Origin: Eledone cirrhosa
Lineage: Eukaryota
DNA: 64,000 nucleotides
Direction of reading: 5' to 3'
Assembly: GCA_964016885.1 (NCBI GenBank)
Contig: OZ024743.1
Span: 296,360,001 to 296,424,000 of the forward strand
A model generated the notes under the pieces. It searched no databases. It worked only from the letters and a program-made list of their open reading frames with translations, and had not been told where the DNA came from. Position numbers and translations under genes: made by a program. Shown here piece by piece: positions 1-12,193 of the stretch. Each line of letters opens with the position of its first letter. Within the stretch, counting starts at the first letter, position 1.

Positions 1-32
1 TGGATTTAGTCTTCACATTTATTATTATTACT

Positions 33-222
<190 letters not shown>

Positions 223-736
223 AGAGAGAGAATAGAAATGGCAGTGTAGTTGCTATTTAAGGTAGATTAAAATGGAGTGGGAATAAGAAGAAAGCAAGAA
301 CGGGGGGGCTGTTTTCCTCATCAGTTGTCTACTGGGAGTCTCGGATATTTCTACGCTTTAAAGACAATATATCTACCGCCCAGAGCGTCAATAACTGGAT
401 AAGTTATTGGGAAAACGGAGGAAGGAGGGAAGGAAGACAAAAGAGAAAAAAAGAGAAAATAATGAAAAAACAGCGAAAAAATGTATGTATATATGTACAC
501 ACACACACATACACACACACACACACACACACGCCTATATATATTTATAGTCATATATACATTTCCATATGCATATATTTTTACATATATATATATGTAT
601 GTGTGTGTACACATATATGTAACAATGGTGGGTGAATAGGTGGTGCATTTTTGTATTGCCAATTAAGCATTAAATTTACGTCTCTGTTTTCTTCAGGGAA
701 CAGTCAATTGGTACAATAGAATATAAAACACAAGGA

Positions 737-1003
<267 letters not shown>

Positions 1004-1405
1004 GAAAAGTTTGATTAATAGAAAATTGATGTTAAGATGGCTTCCCAAAAAATAATTAAGAAACATAACATAACTTAACATTGTTTTATAATGTGATATG
1101 AAGATAGATGATCAACGATCACCCAGATAATTTACAAACATTGAAGAATACTGTGAAGAAAAGTGCGAAAGTTAATAAAAAAAAAATGACGTCAAAATAA
1201 AATATAATGAAATATGTCATTTGGGGATAACGAGTCAAAAATAATGGATAATGAAACAGCTGCTTTTTATCAAATATAAACACTAAATATATGAATGAAA
1301 ATACTATATATGAATATAAAAGTTATATACACACAGAGAAACACACATACATATATATGAACATAAATAATAAATATATGCACATAAGTATATATATATA
1401 TATAC

Positions 1406-1540
1406 GTAGGTCCCGGGTTGAGTCGGGGATAACCACAGTAAGTAAGGTACTCAATACATGGCAGAGTAAAAATTTTTTATTTTATAGAAGGAGCTTCTAC
1501 AGAACTAGTACTGTTTCATTCAGATGAAATCTTCAGGAAT
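1406..1540 (-). mobile_element. PLE pLTR-like fragment with HHR, between TA runs
   Basis: Related segments at 10793-10840 and 57635-57770; the latter abuts PLE RT sequence. Contains an HHR. Confidence 0.65.
1495..1539 (-). ncRNA. Minimal type I hammerhead ribozyme
   Basis: Minus strand TTC-CTGAAGA-T-TTCATCTGAA-T-GAAA-CAGTACTAGTTCTG-TA-GAA; GUA cleavage triplet, 3-bp helix I. Confidence 0.7.
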
Positions 1541-1557
1541 ATATATATATATATATA

Positions 1558-2695
1558 ACGAAGGAAGTGTGGTAAGGAACCAGTTGGACCATAACGCACC
1601 AGAGTACTCAATACTTAGGGTAGTAGAGTGGGTAATAGGAAAAGTTCAAGACCCTGACGGCAGAGATCAAGCCGTTTCGACGGCTATTTCTGGACTAAAT
1701 TAGAATTTTTAGCGTGGTAAATAAATAGCTGAACTTTTCAAGGTGTAATTCCTTATATGGAAAGATTGTAGTTGTCAAAAGGATTGGTCAAAATTTCTTG
1801 TAAACACAATTAAATCTTTCATGATGGTGGGCTGGAGGTCGAGGTGGCTAAACTTGCCTGTAGAACAATGAGGGAGTGGGTGGAGTCGGTCAAGCGTTGA
1901 AAGTGAATTCTATACAGCAAATTATAACTGCATGTAAACACCGATTGCGTAGGACTTACCTCGCCCTCAAACCCCCTCATGACCCGGGTGGGTAGACAAG
2001 GCTGCAACATCCTTCTTTTCCCCTCTTGCCGAACAAGTTAGGGGAAACCCCAGCATACATAGGTATATCTCTTCTTCTCACTTCCTTCCACTCCCTCTCT
2101 TCTTCCTTTTCATTTTTCCTCTTTCGTCTACACTGAGGCTTTTGTAGCCTCAGTACCCCCACCCCAGTAAATTCTTTATAGCATCGGCCGAAAACGCATT
2201 ACCAGCTAGAAATATAGCAGCTGCTTTAGACTCTAGTTTTTATTATTATTTTTTTATTTTTTATTATTTTATTTTTTAATATTATTATTATTTTTGTTCA
2301 TTATTTTTTTTTTTATCTCAATTTATTAACCTTTTAATTTTATAACTTCCCACTCTCAGATTCCTCCAGAATTCTTTTTTCGCCTGCCTTATAGCTAGCC
2401 TAATTTCATACACACTCCTTAGAATTTGCTGTAGATAATTCACTTTCAACGTTTGACCGGCTCCACTCACTCCCTCATTGTTCTACAGGCAGGTTCAGCC
2501 ACCTCCATCTCTCACCCACCGCCATGATAGATTTAATTGTGTTTACAAGAAATTTTGACACCTACAATCTTCCCATATAAGGAATTACCCCTTGAAAAGT
2601 TCGGCTATTTATTACCATGCTAAAAATTCTAATTTAGTCCAGAAATAGCCATCGAAACGGCTTGAGCTCTGCCGTCGGGTTCTTGAACTTTTTCT
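1558..2695. mobile_element. Foldback element with ~280-bp diverged inverted arms (1640-1923 / 2422-2695), copy 1; probably PLE pLTR-derived
   Basis: Arms are reverse complements and the element is flanked by (TA)n. Terminal sequence recurs at 7190-7290, 14955-15159, 44864-45067 and 58300-58385. Confidence 0.75.
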
Positions 2696-2715
2696 TATAT
2701 ATATATATATATATA

Positions 2716-2905
2716 ATTGTTTCTACCTTTGGCAAAAGGCCAGGAATTGTCCCAGTGTATTACTGGTACTTTATTTTATTGACCCCATAAGGACGAAAAG
2801 CAAAGTTAACCTGGGCCGGATTTGAACTCAGACCATAATGGGTCGTAACTCTTTGCTGCAAAGCATGGCGTCCGACCCTCTACCGATACACCCAATCCGC
2901 CGCCC
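2716..2905 (-). mobile_element. tRNA-derived SINE family A (Meta-domain-like)
   Basis: A/B-box head (GAGTTCAAATCC), TTTCATCCTTACGGGGTCGATAAAAT core, AGTAGAAACAATT tail; many copies in window. Confidence 0.9.
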
Positions 2906-2913
2906 TTATATAT

Positions 2914-3812
2914 TCATCGGCATTTCTTCGCTTTAAAGACCATATACCTCCGGTTGGTGCGAGCAACGGCTAAAGAAAGTCGTTGGGACATGTAGATAAA
3001 GGGAACAGCCAGAGGGTATACAAACAAAGATGGTGAAGCAACGAAAAGTGAGGAAGAGCGAGTCAAGTCCAAAAATTTCTATGAATATAAGTTCGGTGAA
3101 ATCGTGAACGAGAGAGAATAAAGACCATCAAACCTGGTTGAAATGTGAGCAAGGAAAGAATTTCGCACAGGTCTAACGGGAGGAAGAAGGGGTCTAGTCT
3201 GTGAATTCGGTAAACATATGTTCTGTGAAATCGTAAACGAGAGAGAGAAAAAATGCCGACCGGCCTGGCCAAGCGTGCGAACCCGTCTATTTCGTTCTTA
3301 CTGCTTGCTCTTTCTCTGTATCTTTACCCTCTCTAACAGTCACTCTCTCTGTTAGCCTCTTCCTCACCCTTCACTCACTCACTCTCTGTTACTACCTCTC
3401 CTCCTCCTCCTTCTTCCCGTTTAACCTGTGCGTAATTCTTTTCTTTCGCACGCTTGGCCAGGCCGGTCGGCATTTTTTCTCTCTCTCGTTTACGATTTCA
3501 CAGAACTTATGTTTACCGAATTCACAGACTAGACCCCTTCTTCCTCCCGTTAGACCTGTGCGAAATTCCTTCCTTGCTCACATTTCAACCAGGTTTGATG
3601 GTCTTTATTCTCTCTCGTTCACGATTTCACCGAACTTATATTCATAGAAATTTTTGGACTTGACTCGCTCTTCCTCACTTTTCGTTGCTTCACCATCTTT
3701 GTTTGTATACCCTCTGGCTGTTCCCTTTATTTACATGTCCCAACGACTTTCTTTAGCCGTTGCTCGCACCAACCGGAGGTATATGGTCTTTAAAGCGAAG
3801 AAATGCCGATGA
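2914..3812. repeat. Near-perfect ~367-bp inverted repeat (2914-3281 / 3445-3812) with ~160-bp spacer
   Basis: Mirror ORFs 3063..3272(-) and 3454..3663(+) differ by one residue. Confidence 0.95.
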
Positions 3813-3904
3813 TGGTTGGAAGATCACTGATGAAGGACCACTTTATTCATATGTAACCCATTTGCAACTCCGCAGCACGTTTATTCTCATATATATATAT
3901 ATAT

Positions 3905-4108
3905 ATTAGAAAATATATAGCTTTCACCGTATTCTTGACTAAAGGAATTTTAGCTTGATAACGTGGTTTAGAACCCTCAGATAAATGGAAAAAGATGAGT
4001 ATTGACGTCAATACTCATCTTTCTCCATTTATCTGAGGGTTCTAAACCCCGTTATCAAGATAAAATTCCTTTAGTAAAAAATACGGTGAAAGCTATATAT
4101 TTTCTAAT
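3905..4108. repeat. Spacerless palindrome, ~102-bp arms, centre GAC|GTC at 4006/4007
   Basis: Direct reverse-complement match, between TA runs. Confidence 0.95.
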
Positions 4109-4143
4109 TTCAAACTCGCTCACTGTTTGAAAACATACTTACT

Positions 4144-4223
<80 letters not shown>

Positions 4224-4409
4224 AATACAATATCGGAGAAAGCTTTTTAGCGATACTCCGGCCAAATTCCAACTCACTCAACAAACATTAGGAAATAAGT
4301 GATTATATTCCCAATTATGTGTTCGGGGTGCTAACTAAAAGTATTGCGTGGAAAGTTGGCTGTATTATTTCAAATGAGAGATATCTAATATATCTCTATA
4401 TGAGACATA

Positions 4410-4464
<55 letters not shown>

Positions 4465-4468
<4 letters not shown>

Positions 4469-4757
4469 AGGAATTCCAACTTTGTCTGATTTACTCGTTT
4501 TATTTACAATCCTTTAAAATTACGTTCATGCTTTCGCAATCTTCAGGTTCATAATGTGTGGTGACAGTCATGTTTGCAATTTTCAACTGACTGTCACCAC
4601 ACATTATGAACCTGAAGATTGCGAAAGCGTGAAAGTACTTGTTCAATTAACACTTAACATTTAATATTCTATCATACTATTTCATTCTAATACCATTATA
4701 AATTTTAAAGGATTGTAAATAAAACGAGTAAATCAGACAAAGTTGGAATTCCTCTTA
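4465..4757. mobile_element. HHR-bearing foldback insert in (TA)n
   Basis: 4465-4522 pairs with 4699-4757 and 4525-4570 pairs with 4588-4633; left arm has an internal deletion. Confidence 0.85.
4608..4644 (+). ncRNA. Minimal type I hammerhead ribozyme
   Basis: GAAC-CTGAAGA-T-TGCGAAAGCG-T-GAAA-GTAC-TT-GTTC; palindromic helix III AGTACT, CUU site. Confidence 0.8.
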
Positions 4758-4803
4758 TTAATATAATCTTCTATAAAAAATCATACACACCCGTGTATAT
4801 TTA

Positions 4804-4839
<36 letters not shown>

Positions 4840-4840
<1 letters not shown>

Positions 4841-5255
4841 CATAAAACATGTCTATAGAATCACCAGATAAAATATATACCGTTTCCTCTCCCAATTAGC
4901 ATAATTAACCATATAAAAAAATCAATTAGATCAAGCTATAAGAATAAAGGCTCCTATGAAGAAATCTCCGACAAATAACCGAAAGCAGCCCCTTCGCGGT
5001 GGTTACGACGGAGTATTTATCAAATATTTCGACAGCATGTATTAATCGACCAGATATGCAGTCAACTAAACAGAATTAGGTGTAAAATAAACTAGAAGAA
5101 AAGTGTACATATTTAATTACCTCTACCATGGTTTCGTCCGCATTTTAAGACATCCGATAACATAGGATATCTAGAGCTTCGGATTCTTCAGGAGTTAGCT
5201 CAAATTTAGACAATTAATTTTCCAAAGTGATCGCGTATATATTTTATCTGGTGGT

Positions 5256-5258
<3 letters not shown>
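4840..5258 (-). mobile_element. HHR-bearing non-coding element, copy 1 (copy 2 at 13809-14360)
   Basis: ~390 bp shared with 13809-14200 with the same TA-side junction; 5236-5255 is an inverted copy of 4861-4880. Confidence 0.8.
5121..5194 (-). ncRNA. Type I hammerhead ribozyme
   Basis: CTC-CTGAAGA-A-TCCG...CGGA-C-GAAA-CCATGG-TA-GAG; GUA site. Confidence 0.8.
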
Positions 5259-5313
<55 letters not shown>

Positions 5314-5314
5314 A

Positions 5315-5505
5315 GGACGGTGGATTGGCTGTATCGGTAGAGGGTCGGACGCCATGCTTTGCAGCAAAGAGTTACAACCCTTTATGGTCTGAGTTCAAAT
5401 CCGTCCGAGGTTAACTTTGCTTTTCATCCTTATGGGGTCAATAAAATAAAGTACCAGTAATACACTGGGACAATTCCTGGCCTTTTGCCAAAAGTAGAAA
5501 CAATT
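5315..5505 (+). mobile_element. SINE family A
   Basis: Full-length copy; shares diagnostic variants with 2716-2905. Confidence 0.9.
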
Positions 5506-5527
5506 ATATATATATATATATATAAGA

Positions 5528-5745
5528 ATGCGTGTGGCTGAGTGGTTAGAGAATTGGATTCGCATTCGTAAGGTTGTGAGTTCGATTCCTGGACCAGGTG
5601 ATGCGTTATGTCCTTGAGCAAGACACTTTATTTCACGTTGCTCCGTCTACCTGGAGTTGCGACCGATAGATAGTATTAGCAATTGGAAAGACCAACGGAA
5701 ACATTGTTCCCTCGGTCCGATTTGACGAAAGTCGATCGTTCCTTT
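5528..5745 (+). mobile_element. tRNA-derived SINE family B (head and partial body)
   Basis: TGGCTGAGTGG A-box, GAGTTCGATTCC B-box, CAAGACACTTTATTTCACGTTGCTCC body. Confidence 0.75.
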
Positions 5746-5751
5746 TATATA

Positions 5752-6843
5752 TAAGAAAAAGTTCAAGACCACGACGGCAAAGCTCAAGCCATTTCGACGG
5801 CTATTTCTGGGCTAAATTAGAATTTTTAGCATGGTAATAAATAGCCGAACTTTTCAAGGGGTAATTCCTTATATGGGAAGATTGTAGGTGTCAAAATTTC
5901 TTGTAAACACAATTAAATCTATCATGGCGGTGGGTGAGAGATGGAGGTGGCTGAACCTGCCTGTAGAACAATGAGGGAGTGAGTGGAGCCGTTCAAACGT
6001 TGAAAGTGAATTATCTACAGCAAATTCTAAGGAGTGTGTATGAAATTAGGCTAGCTATAAGGCAGGCGAAAAAAGAATTCTGGAGGAACCTGAGAGTGGG
6101 AAGTTATAAAATTAAAAGGTTAATAAATTGAGATTAAAAAATAAAAAAATAATTGTTTCTACTTTTGACACAAGGCCAGCAATTACCCAGTACATTACTG
6201 GTACTTTATTTTATCGACCCCGTAAGGATGAAAGGCAAAGTTAACCTTGGCGGAATTTGAACTCAGATCATAAAGGGACGTAACTCTATGCTTCAAAGCA
6301 TGGCGTCCGACTCTCTACCAATACTGCCAATCCACCGCCTTAATAAAAAAATAATGAATAAAAATAATAATAATATTAAAAAATAAAATAATAACAAATA
6401 AAAAATAATAATAAAAACTAGAGTCTAAAGCAGCTGCTATATTTCTAGCTGGTAATGCGTTTTCGGCCGATGCTATAAAGAATTTACTGGGGTGGGGGTA
6501 CTGAGGCTACAAAAGCCTCAGTGTAGACGAAAGAGGAAAAATGAAAAGGAAGAAGAGAGGGAGTGGAAGGAAGTGAGAAGAAGAGATATACCTATGTATG
6601 CTGGGGTTTCCCCTAACTTGTTCGGCAAGAGGGGAAAAGAAGGATGTTGCAGCTATTGTCTACCCACCCGGGTCATGAGGGGGTTTGAGGGCGAGTTAAG
6701 TCCTACGCAATCGGTATTTACATGCAGTTATAATTTGCTGTATAGAATTCACTTTCAATGCTTGACCGACTCCACCCACTCCCTCATTGTTCTACAGGCA
6801 AGTTCAGCCACCCCGACCTCCAGCCCACCATCATGAAAGATTT
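5752..6843. mobile_element. Foldback element copy 2 (reverse complement of 1812-2695), interrupted by a SINE
   Basis: ORF 6492..6836(+) mirrors ORFs 1977..2162(-) and 1819..2010(-). Confidence 0.85.
6151..6340 (-). mobile_element. SINE family A with 14-bp TSD AATAAAAAAATAAT
   Basis: TSD at 6140-6153 and 6342-6355; empty site seen in copy 1 near 2300-2315. Confidence 0.9.
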
Positions 6844-7065
6844 ATATATATACAATAAAATATGTTATATATATATATAATAAAATAAAACAAGGACGAG
6901 TGGTTACTCCTTCATTACGTTTACTGGCTGGTGACGCGTGTTTCGCTACTGATCAGCTCAAGGATCGATCTGTATCGATCTAGCCCGACTCTGCGTTACA
7001 CTCCCTGGATATATATATATATACTTATATATGTGTTCTTATAAATATACTTATATATGTGTGTT

Positions 7066-7173
<108 letters not shown>

Positions 7174-7917
7174 GAGAGAGATTGGGAGTTACCAGTTCAG
7201 ACTAGCTAAATACTCAATGCTTGGGAAAGTAGAGTGTAGGTATTGTAAATAGTTAGTGTCCGACGGCTGAGCTCTTGCCGTTTCGACGGCGAATGGATAA
7301 CTGATTCATTTGTTCATTTTCAGTTATTTACAAACTATCTCTCTCTTTAGGGGCGTCTTCTAATTTGATTGACGTTTCGGATAAGTGGAGAAATTGGTGA
7401 AGTGGTGGTTGGGTGTAGCGGGGCAATGTTACAGAGTGTGTGTGCGTTTGTGCGTCTGCGCTTGAACTTTGATTTCTGTATTATTCTCCCTCTCCAAATT
7501 GTGTGTGTGTGTGTATATATGGTATAATTGTGCTGTACGTACATGCCCCTTTTGGTGTCAGACACATGTGTGCATGTATGTAAGCGTGCGCATGTGTGTG
7601 TGTGTGTGTGTGTGTGATGGGTGCGTTTGTGTGCGTACGTGTGTGGTTGAGTTGTTTGCTCTGTCAATCAGTATGGTGAATAGAGTTAATATTTTGGAAG
7701 TAACAAGGGGTATAACGACCAATATAAAAACAACGCTGAAGAAAACAATGGGGAGACAATCTAGATGACCCGTCCGGCGGCGGCAACAGGAACGACCGCG
7801 ATGGCCTCATGATATTTAGTTTCTTGGTGTGTGAGCAGATTCAAGGTTATAAAGCTTTTTTTTCTATCGGAATGTGTGTGTTGTTGAGGTGTTGTTGTAT
7901 TGGTGTATTTTCCTCCT

Positions 7918-8025
<108 letters not shown>

Positions 8026-8271
8026 ATGTTTGTCTTGATTAATGAAGTGGTTATGTTGGTTATGTCTCACTTCGCTCACGAAAGATCATGGAATTTTGCA
8101 CCTAGAAATCCCCCCCCCCCTGATATGTGAAGTCGCAACTCAGTGACGGCGCAATTCATTGACAAAGCTGAGTAAATTGTCTTGATCAAAGACACAACCC
8201 TATGATTGCAAGACCAACGCTTGGTCACTAAGCGTATTCACACTGCGCCTTCACACTCAATCTTGTAGTTT

Positions 8272-8313
<42 letters not shown>

Positions 8314-8720
8314 GATATTAACAAATGGAAACTATATTTATAAAACCATATTTATTTCATTATACATATTTCAAGGACACCAAGTTAAATTATGGTGTGC
8401 TTTCATCAGACAAAATATAATATAGATCAGTTTTATAAATAAATATTGACATACCCTTAAAAAATGCAACTATTACTGTTGGAAGCTCCCGGATAGTGGA
8501 GTTGTTTACTTATATTATTATTAGTATTGGATATTTTTATTTTTAAAATAAGCCGTTGGGTTATAGAGAAAGAAAAAGAAGGAGAGAGAGAAATATATAT
8601 ATATATATATATATATATATGCTGCCCTTGTGCCTATATTATCTCCTTCCTTGCCATTCACTTTCTATTTCCTATCTATATTTTCTCTCATCAAATTCTC
8701 TCATCTCTAGCTATCTATCT

Positions 8721-9097
8721 GATTCGTTTTATCAAATATCATTTTGGAAGAAGAATCAGGATGGAGAGAGAGGTGCTGAACCCCAGCAAATTTTATAAAA
8801 GGTGGGTGAATGTAGCAAAGATGGCCCGAGTGGTTGGGCCTTCTCTCTATATAAGCCTGTAGGTTGAGGAAAAAGAGAAAGAGAGGAGGGGAGTACTCAC
8901 TCTTGGTGCTCCTGGAGATGAGGGTTGTACATTTTTTCGGGGTGTGTACAAGCCCTGTGTAACGCCTCCCCCTATTGAGGATTTCAATTGTTATTTGTTA
9001 TTTTATTAATAGTTTTATTTTCATATACCTGTATGTAAACTCCCCATTTGTATTTGTCCCCTTCTTTTGTGGCCTTGTGGCTAATAAAGAAATTTAT
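8721..9097 (+). mobile_element. Tx1/L1-clade LINE 3' fragment (ORF2 C-terminus and 3'UTR)
   Basis: KYHFGRRIRMEREVL...ARVVGPSLYISL matches the end of 29364..29768; AATAAA present; flanked by CTATCTATCT. Confidence 0.9.
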
Positions 9098-9103
9098 CTA
9101 TCT

Positions 9104-9358
9104 ATCTCTATATAAACCTGTAGGTTGAAGAAGAGAGCAAAAGGAAGAAAGGGGCACTTGCACAACACGCTCCTGAAGTTGAAGGTTGTTCTATCGACGG
9201 GGTATTAAACAACCCATTTGTGGCGCCTCCCTCCTATTGGGGATTTCGATTGTTATATTTGTTTCATATTTTTACACGGTTCTATGTAAAATCCCCGGCA
9301 TGTGTCTTTGTTTTGTCCCCTTTTCTTGTGCGCCCTTGTGGCTAATAAAGAAATATAT
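9104..9358 (+). mobile_element. Second Tx1 LINE 3'UTR fragment in tandem
   Basis: Homologous to 8845-9095; ends GGCTAATAAAGAAA then (TATC)n. Confidence 0.85.
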
Positions 9359-9364
9359 CTATCT

Positions 9365-9736
9365 ATCTTTCCATCTCTCTCTCTCTCTCTTTACATTCCC
9401 GCACATTTCTCTTTCCTTCTCTCTATCACTTTTGTTATTTCTCTCACTTCTTTCTCTCCCTTCACTCTCTTTCTTCTCTTTCTCTCTCTCGGTTCGCACA
9501 CTCTCTCTCTCTCTCCTTCACCCTCACTCTTCTCTCTCTCCCTTCACTCTCTCCCTTCACTCACTCTCTCTTTTCTCTCTCCTTTCACTCTCTCTCTCCA
9601 CTCTCTCTACCTTCACTTTTTCGCTTCCCCTTCACACTCTCCCTCTCCATTCCCCCTCTCTAACTGAACTCATTTTTTTTTGTCTCTCCCTCTTTCCCTT
9701 CACTCTCTCTCTCTCTCTCTTCTCTCTTCTTTCTCT

Positions 9737-9788
<52 letters not shown>

Positions 9789-10115
9789 CCTTCACTTTCT
9801 CTCTCACTTCTTTCTCTCCCTTCACTCTCTCTTCTCTTTCTCTCTCTCTCTCTCTCTCGATTCGCACTCTCTCTCTATCTCCCCTTCACCCTCACTCTTC
9901 TCTCTCATGTCTCTTTTTCCCTTCACTCTCTCTCCCTTCAATCTCACTTTTCTCTCTCTCCTTTCTCACTCTCTATCTCTCTTCTCTTTCGCTGTATCTT
10001 TCTCCATTCGCCCTCTCTCTCCCCTTCACCTTCACTCTTCTATCTCACTTCTCTCTTTCTCTTCTCTCTCACTTCTCTCTTTCTCTTCCCTCTCATTTGT
10101 CTCCCTTCCACCTTC
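9365..10115. repeat. Degenerate CT-rich simple repeat
   Basis: (CT)n interspersed with CCCTTCACT units. Confidence 0.92.
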
Positions 10116-10524
10116 TAAATCTCTTACAAACAATTTTTTTTTCATTTCATTTTGTTTTCCTTTCTCCCTCTTTTATTACAGTATATCTACTACCAAATCT
10201 CTTATTCTTTATATCCCATCCTATCACCTGTAGCATCTAGTAGTTTGTATTTATGTTTCGCTCTCTTGTTCAATTTTCTCTCTACCTCGTTCGTCTGGAT
10301 ATAATCAATCATAAAGTGTTATGACTGATTATATTTCAAACTTTTATTCTCCTTATCGAACAATTTAAATTAAGTGTGCCAGCAATTTTTAAACTTGGTT
10401 ATATTAAATATATATGAGCGTGTTTTGTTTGTGTATGTGTGAATGTTAGTGTTTGTGCCTGGCTGTGTATACGCATGAGAATTAAATATTATATATAATA
10501 TTGCACGAACATACAAACACACAC

Positions 10525-10618
<94 letters not shown>

Positions 10619-10841
10619 GTGTGTGTGCGTGTATAAATAAGTATATACATATATATATATATATATATTTATATGTATAAATACACACATATATATATAT
10701 AGATATATATAGAGAGAGAGAGAGAATGTGTGTGTGTGTGTGTGAGAGAGACAGACAGAAAGAGAGACAGACAGAGCGAGAGAGAGAGAGATTCCCGAGT
10801 TGTCTTCGGAAGTAACCACAGTTAAAAAAGGTACTCAAAAG

Positions 10842-11081
10842 TGGTAGAAGGGACAAGATGTTAAAGGAACAAAATAACAAAAAAGGTGTCAAACTTCCCA
10901 TTGGTCAGTTCTGAGAGCATTCCTCAGTCAGAAGTCTATAGAATTATTTCTGGGGTAGGGAGCCTCACCCCAGAAAGAATTCTATAGACTTCTGACTGAG
11001 GAATGCTCTCAGAACTGACCAATGGGAAGTTTGACACCTTTTTTGTTATTTTGTTCCTTTAACACCTTGTCCCTTCTACCA
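10842..11081. repeat. Foldback, ~115-bp arms, 10-nt loop
   Basis: 10842-10956 is the reverse complement of 10967-11081. Confidence 0.95.
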
Positions 11082-11558
11082 GTTTATCAATTTTTTAAGC
11101 TAACTCCAACAATAACAACACTTAGAATGAGGAATGTTCTAACAACTGACCAATGAGAGGAGAAGAAGCCCTTTGACACTGAAATTCGTTTGTTTGAATT
11201 CATATGATTCCAGTTCCTCAGTGAAATAACAACCCAACCAGGAACTGGGCATATCAGAGTATTGACAATATTATACACCTCAACAACATATGTACTTGTC
11301 TATACCACACTAATTCGGACTGCTTGAAGAGGTCACAGCCAAAGATGGCTGTCACTGAAATATATATAGCAGTAATAAACGAAGCTAAATTTTAAACATT
11401 TGACTTTTTATTCATTGTTTTTATTAATTTATCTTGACTCTGTTTTCCTATGATTTTCATCGAAAATTTTTGAATGCATCTTCTCTTTTCATGATATTTG
11501 GATTACATTGAGTTCTTCATACGGATTGGACACTACCGTATATTTTGGTAGATTTATC

Positions 11559-11562
<4 letters not shown>
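11082..11562 (+). mobile_element. PLE pLTR with HHR
   Basis: 11405-11562 is nearly identical to 34978-35138, directly upstream of the PLE ORF. Confidence 0.85.
11319..11373 (+). ncRNA. Type I HHR with C3U core substitution
   Basis: ACTGC-TTGAAGA-GGTCACAGCCA-AAGA-TGGCTGTCACT-GAAA-TATATA-TA-GCAGT. Confidence 0.7.
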
Positions 11563-11605
<43 letters not shown>

Positions 11606-11609
<4 letters not shown>

Positions 11610-11806
11610 GTGGAACACTGGAAGGTAATATCCGTAGTGGTAGAGCACTCAGTCCATGGGACAAGTTAGGTAGAAGTGGTTACGCAACAGTTAGTTCACC
11701 ATACCGAGAACAATTGTTTCACCTTAGCGGATTCCGAGCTGAGGATCCGCTAAGGTGAAACAATTGTTCTCGGTATGGTGAACTAACTGTTGTGTAACCA
11801 CTTCTA
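11606..11806. mobile_element. HHR-bearing foldback insert in (TA)n (arms 11671-11732 / 11745-11806)
   Basis: 62-bp arms; the HHR 5' half lies in the 12-nt loop. Confidence 0.88.
11734..11773 (+). ncRNA. Minimal type I hammerhead ribozyme
   Basis: CCGAG-CTGAGGA-T-CCGCTAAGG-T-GAAA-CAATTG-TT-CTCGG; 5-bp helix I, GUU site. Confidence 0.8.
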
Positions 11807-12142
11807 TATGTATATATATAAATATATATCCTCACCAAGCCGCAGTGCCAAGCGTGACGAGTAGTGCACACTCTCTGGACCATGGTAGACAACATCAACC
11901 AAGCTCCCCCAGTCTCTGGTACCTCTGGAGACACCATCTAAGACCATCGGAGTGACCGGGAAGGGGGAAACTCCGTGGAAATTGGAAGGGCTCAAGAAGA
12001 TGTCCAAAAGTGTAATGATGAGACGACCTCATTCGCCATTAGGGACCCATGTAGCCGGGGCTGGCCTGTGACCGATGTCGCTGGAGACAGTCCAAGGACG
12101 GGCTTGTCCTCCAGGAGTGATAATGCCCTGATGAAATACATG

Positions 12143-12193
<51 letters not shown>

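Noticed and set aside
5528-5600. tRNA gene
   Set aside because: A/B boxes continue into SINE body; no acceptor stem
6925-6970. HHR-like half on minus (GCT..AGC-GAAAC-ACGC-GTC)
   Set aside because: CUGANGA core absent; at most a decayed copy
7640-7825. GC-rich patch with hydrophobic minus-strand frame (LPIVFFSVVFILVVIPLVTS)
   Set aside because: In-frame stop just upstream, no ATG, no recognisable homology
12020-12135. Possible HDV-like ribozyme (minus-strand GGCGAATGAGG)
   Set aside because: Could not find matching P2, P1 and P3 pairings
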